Below, piece after piece: positions 49,289 through 51,068 of a stretch of 51,068 nt of DNA (position 1 is the stretch's first letter; each line of letters starts with the position of its first letter). A program made the translations under genes and the position numbers. The notes under the pieces are model-generated. The model searched no databases. It saw only the letters and a list, made by a program, of their open reading frames with translations, and was not told the DNA's origin. This DNA comes from Promethearchaeota archaeon (GTDB taxonomy: Archaea; Asgardarchaeota; Lokiarchaeia; Sigyniarchaeales; SOKP01): positions 1 through 51,068 of the forward strand of contig JAEOTA010000049.1 in the NCBI GenBank assembly GCA_016840085.1, in the 5' to 3' direction.

Positions 49289-50428
49289 TTAAATTATAAT
49301 CGGATCTTTATGATTATAGGTTACTTGTTCGCATTCTTCTTTTCCAATGATCACATCATCCTCTTGTCTGATCCCCCATTTACCAGACCAATATAACCCT
49401 GGTTCATTTGTGTAAACCATATTTTCCTTTAGTCTATATTCTTTTGGTGATTTCCACCTAATTCTAGCACCAATATCATGTGCTTCAAAGCCCAAAGAGT
49501 GTCCTAACCCATGAAAGAACAATCTTTCATGGTCATAACCTTTCTCAGCTAAAAAATCTCTGCACATTTTCGCAGGTAAGTAATTTGGTATATCGGCAAT
49601 AAAATATTTATTTGCCACTTCTTTTGATTCATAAAGAATTTGATATGCTTGTAAGAATTCATCAGATGGATTATTCCCGACCCAAAAGGTCCATGTTATA
49701 TCAGAACACATCTGATCAATTTGAAGTCCCGTATCGATTAATAAAACCCCTGGTTCTATTTTTTTAGTTGAAGTATTATGATGGGGATCAGCAGAATGTG
49801 CTCCTGATGCTACTATTGCTTCAAACGAAGGCTTTCCTATTTTCGTATACTCATATTCTAATTTCGCTTGAATTTCCTTCTCTGTCATACCGATCTTTAC
49901 CCAATCTGGTATAGTCTCTAATAATTCTAAAGTAGCTTTACATACATTGCGTAAATCATCTAATTCTTCTGGAGTTTTTACACTCCTTAATTCCTCTATG
50001 ATTGGTGCTGCTGAGAAAAACTCTGTATTTGGAACTAATTCTTTAATAGAAAAAAAGTCACCAACTCTTATGTGGTCAGCATAAGCGGTTCCCTCCTCTG
50101 TTAGAACATTTTCTCCAAAATTCAGAGCAATCCTAGGTTTATTAATTATTGGCTTTAATTTTGGAACTAAATCCTCAATTGTAGTATAAAAAATCACTTT
50201 TGCATCCACGCCCTTTTTTTCAAGAGCTTTCTTAATCATACCGGCTTCCATTTCAACAGAAAGTACCTTATGTTGTCCATTTGCTGCGACATAAATGTAA
50301 TGTCGTGCGTGAGACGCGACTCCTAATAAGAATCGAGAATGAATATCACTATCTTCATTACATATTATTAACCAACCGTCTCCATTTAAGTCGTTTAGTA
50401 GTTCTTGTGCTTTTTCAAACTTATTCAT
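49289..50428 (-). CDS. M24B Xaa-Pro aminopeptidase family protein
   Basis: DPHH, IDTG...SDITWT, HGLGHSLGFEAHD, NEPGLY, GIRQEDD. Confidence 0.9.
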   Translation of the reverse strand: MNKFEKAQELLNDLNGDGWLIICNEDSDIHSRFLLGVASHARHYIYVAANGQHKVLSVEMEAGMIKKALEKKGVDAKVIFYTTIEDLVPKLKPIINKPRIALNFGENVLTEEGTAYADHIRVGDFFSIKELVPNTEFFSAAPIIEELRSVKTPEELDDLRNVCKATLELLETIPDWVKIGMTEKEIQAKLEYEYTKIGKPSFEAIVASGAHSADPHHNTSTKKIEPGVLLIDTGLQIDQMCSDITWTFWVGNNPSDEFLQAYQILYESKEVANKYFIADIPNYLPAKMCRDFLAEKGYDHERLFFHGLGHSLGFEAHDIGARIRWKSPKEYRLKENMVYTNEPGLYWSGKWGIRQEDDVIIGKEECEQVTYNHKDPIII

Positions 50429-50660
50429 ATTGCTTAACTCTAAATTTGCTTTTTTATTTTTATCTAAATATTCATTAGTTTATTTTAATTATGATTTTCT
50501 TTTTCAAATTGTTGAGAATATTTCTATATATATTTATAAAAATATTAGAAAAAGAATTATGAATTTACAACAAAATTATTAATTACTTTTGTTTTATATC
50601 TGTAGGTTATTTTTAATTTCTCTTCATGAAATTAAAATTGTATTCTATATTTTATTACAG

Positions 50661-51068
50661 CTATGAAATAGCAATAGAATATGGGTGTAACCCTACACCC
50701 TCTATCCCATCTGCTGATATGGTTTTTGGGACTGCTTTTTTAAGGATATTATATGCTCCATTCACGTCCGCATTGATAATGATCCCTTCTTGACTCTGAT
50801 ATAACCCTCTGCAAATACGCTTTCCCTGATATTTTTCATGCATTTTTATAGATTCATTATCTAAGAAACTACATCTCGAAGTATAATGTTCTGGCATTAG
50901 AAAAACATCAATCCCGACTAACTCTGATTTGTATTTAATTTGGGACACTAATTTGGAAAAAGGAATTTGGACAAAGTTCTGGTTATTACGCTTTCCAATT
51001 TTTATTTTATGTTTCCAAGTTTTATTATAACCGATGACTATCGTTCCAAAATCGTGGTTAATGCAATA
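50661..51068 (-). CDS. tnpB: IS200/IS605-family TnpB, C-terminal part (runs off the window)
   Basis: Open to the window edge: GTIVIGYNKTWK...GKRNNQNFVQIPF...EHYTSRCS...INADVNGAYNILKK. Confidence 0.9.
   Translation of the reverse strand, partial: YCINHDFGTIVIGYNKTWKHKIKIGKRNNQNFVQIPFSKLVSQIKYKSELVGIDVFLMPEHYTSRCSFLDNESIKMHEKYQGKRICRGLYQSQEGIIINADVNGAYNILKKAVPKTISADGIEGVGLHPYSIAIS

Noticed and set aside
2461-50478. Short antisense or overlapping ORFs in the track (e.g. 2461-3222 set, 6766, 6958, 8244, 8685, 9167, 16324, 16762, 18551, 21958, 22556, 28108, 28774, 29135, 36966, 41924, 44781, 45369, 46545, 48403, 50281)
   Set aside because: They are shadows of well-supported genes or of repeat DNA, with no recognisable motifs.
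50480-50700. TnpB omega-RNA and IS right end
   Set aside because: Expected here from family knowledge, but I could not define the hairpin or boundary from the sequence.

Overview
Very AT-rich archaeal DNA, most likely from an Asgard archaeon of the Lokiarchaeia/Promethearchaeota group. The taxonomy is inferred from a Loki-CTERM-like sorting tail, GGTGA ribosome-binding sites, and selenoprotein HdrA/MvhD with a eukaryote-like SECIS. Core metabolic genes occupy about 1-17.5 kb (transporters, 2-oxoacid:ferredoxin oxidoreductase operon ending in an FrhB-PyrK fusion, LeuCD/HacAB, MttB-corrinoid-homocysteine methyltransferase cluster) and 42.9-51 kb (pyrF, Sec-containing hdrA-mvhD, peptidase, partial tnpB). 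The hisS locus is an accessory-DNA hotspot holding two islands. (1) A ~9 kb island lies between a truncated, diverged 5' copy of hisS and the intact hisS. It carries a Wadjet/MksBEF-like operon (kleisin-like, KITE-like, SMC5/6-like ATPase) whose fourth gene appears to end in a Swt1-like HEPN domain instead of the JetD Toprim nuclease. It also carries a protein with five tandem HTH-like repeats and a nuclease-like C-terminus. (2) A 14,134-bp Tn7-like element (28725-42858) is defined by TGT...ACA ends, arrays of ~20-bp repeated sites and a 5-bp ATAAT target duplication. It sits ~40 bp downstream of hisS, has no recognisable transposase, and is filled with defence-like cargo. Several genes appear to start at ATT/ATC/ATA codons. 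Protein family calls come from motif recognition by eye, not from database searches.
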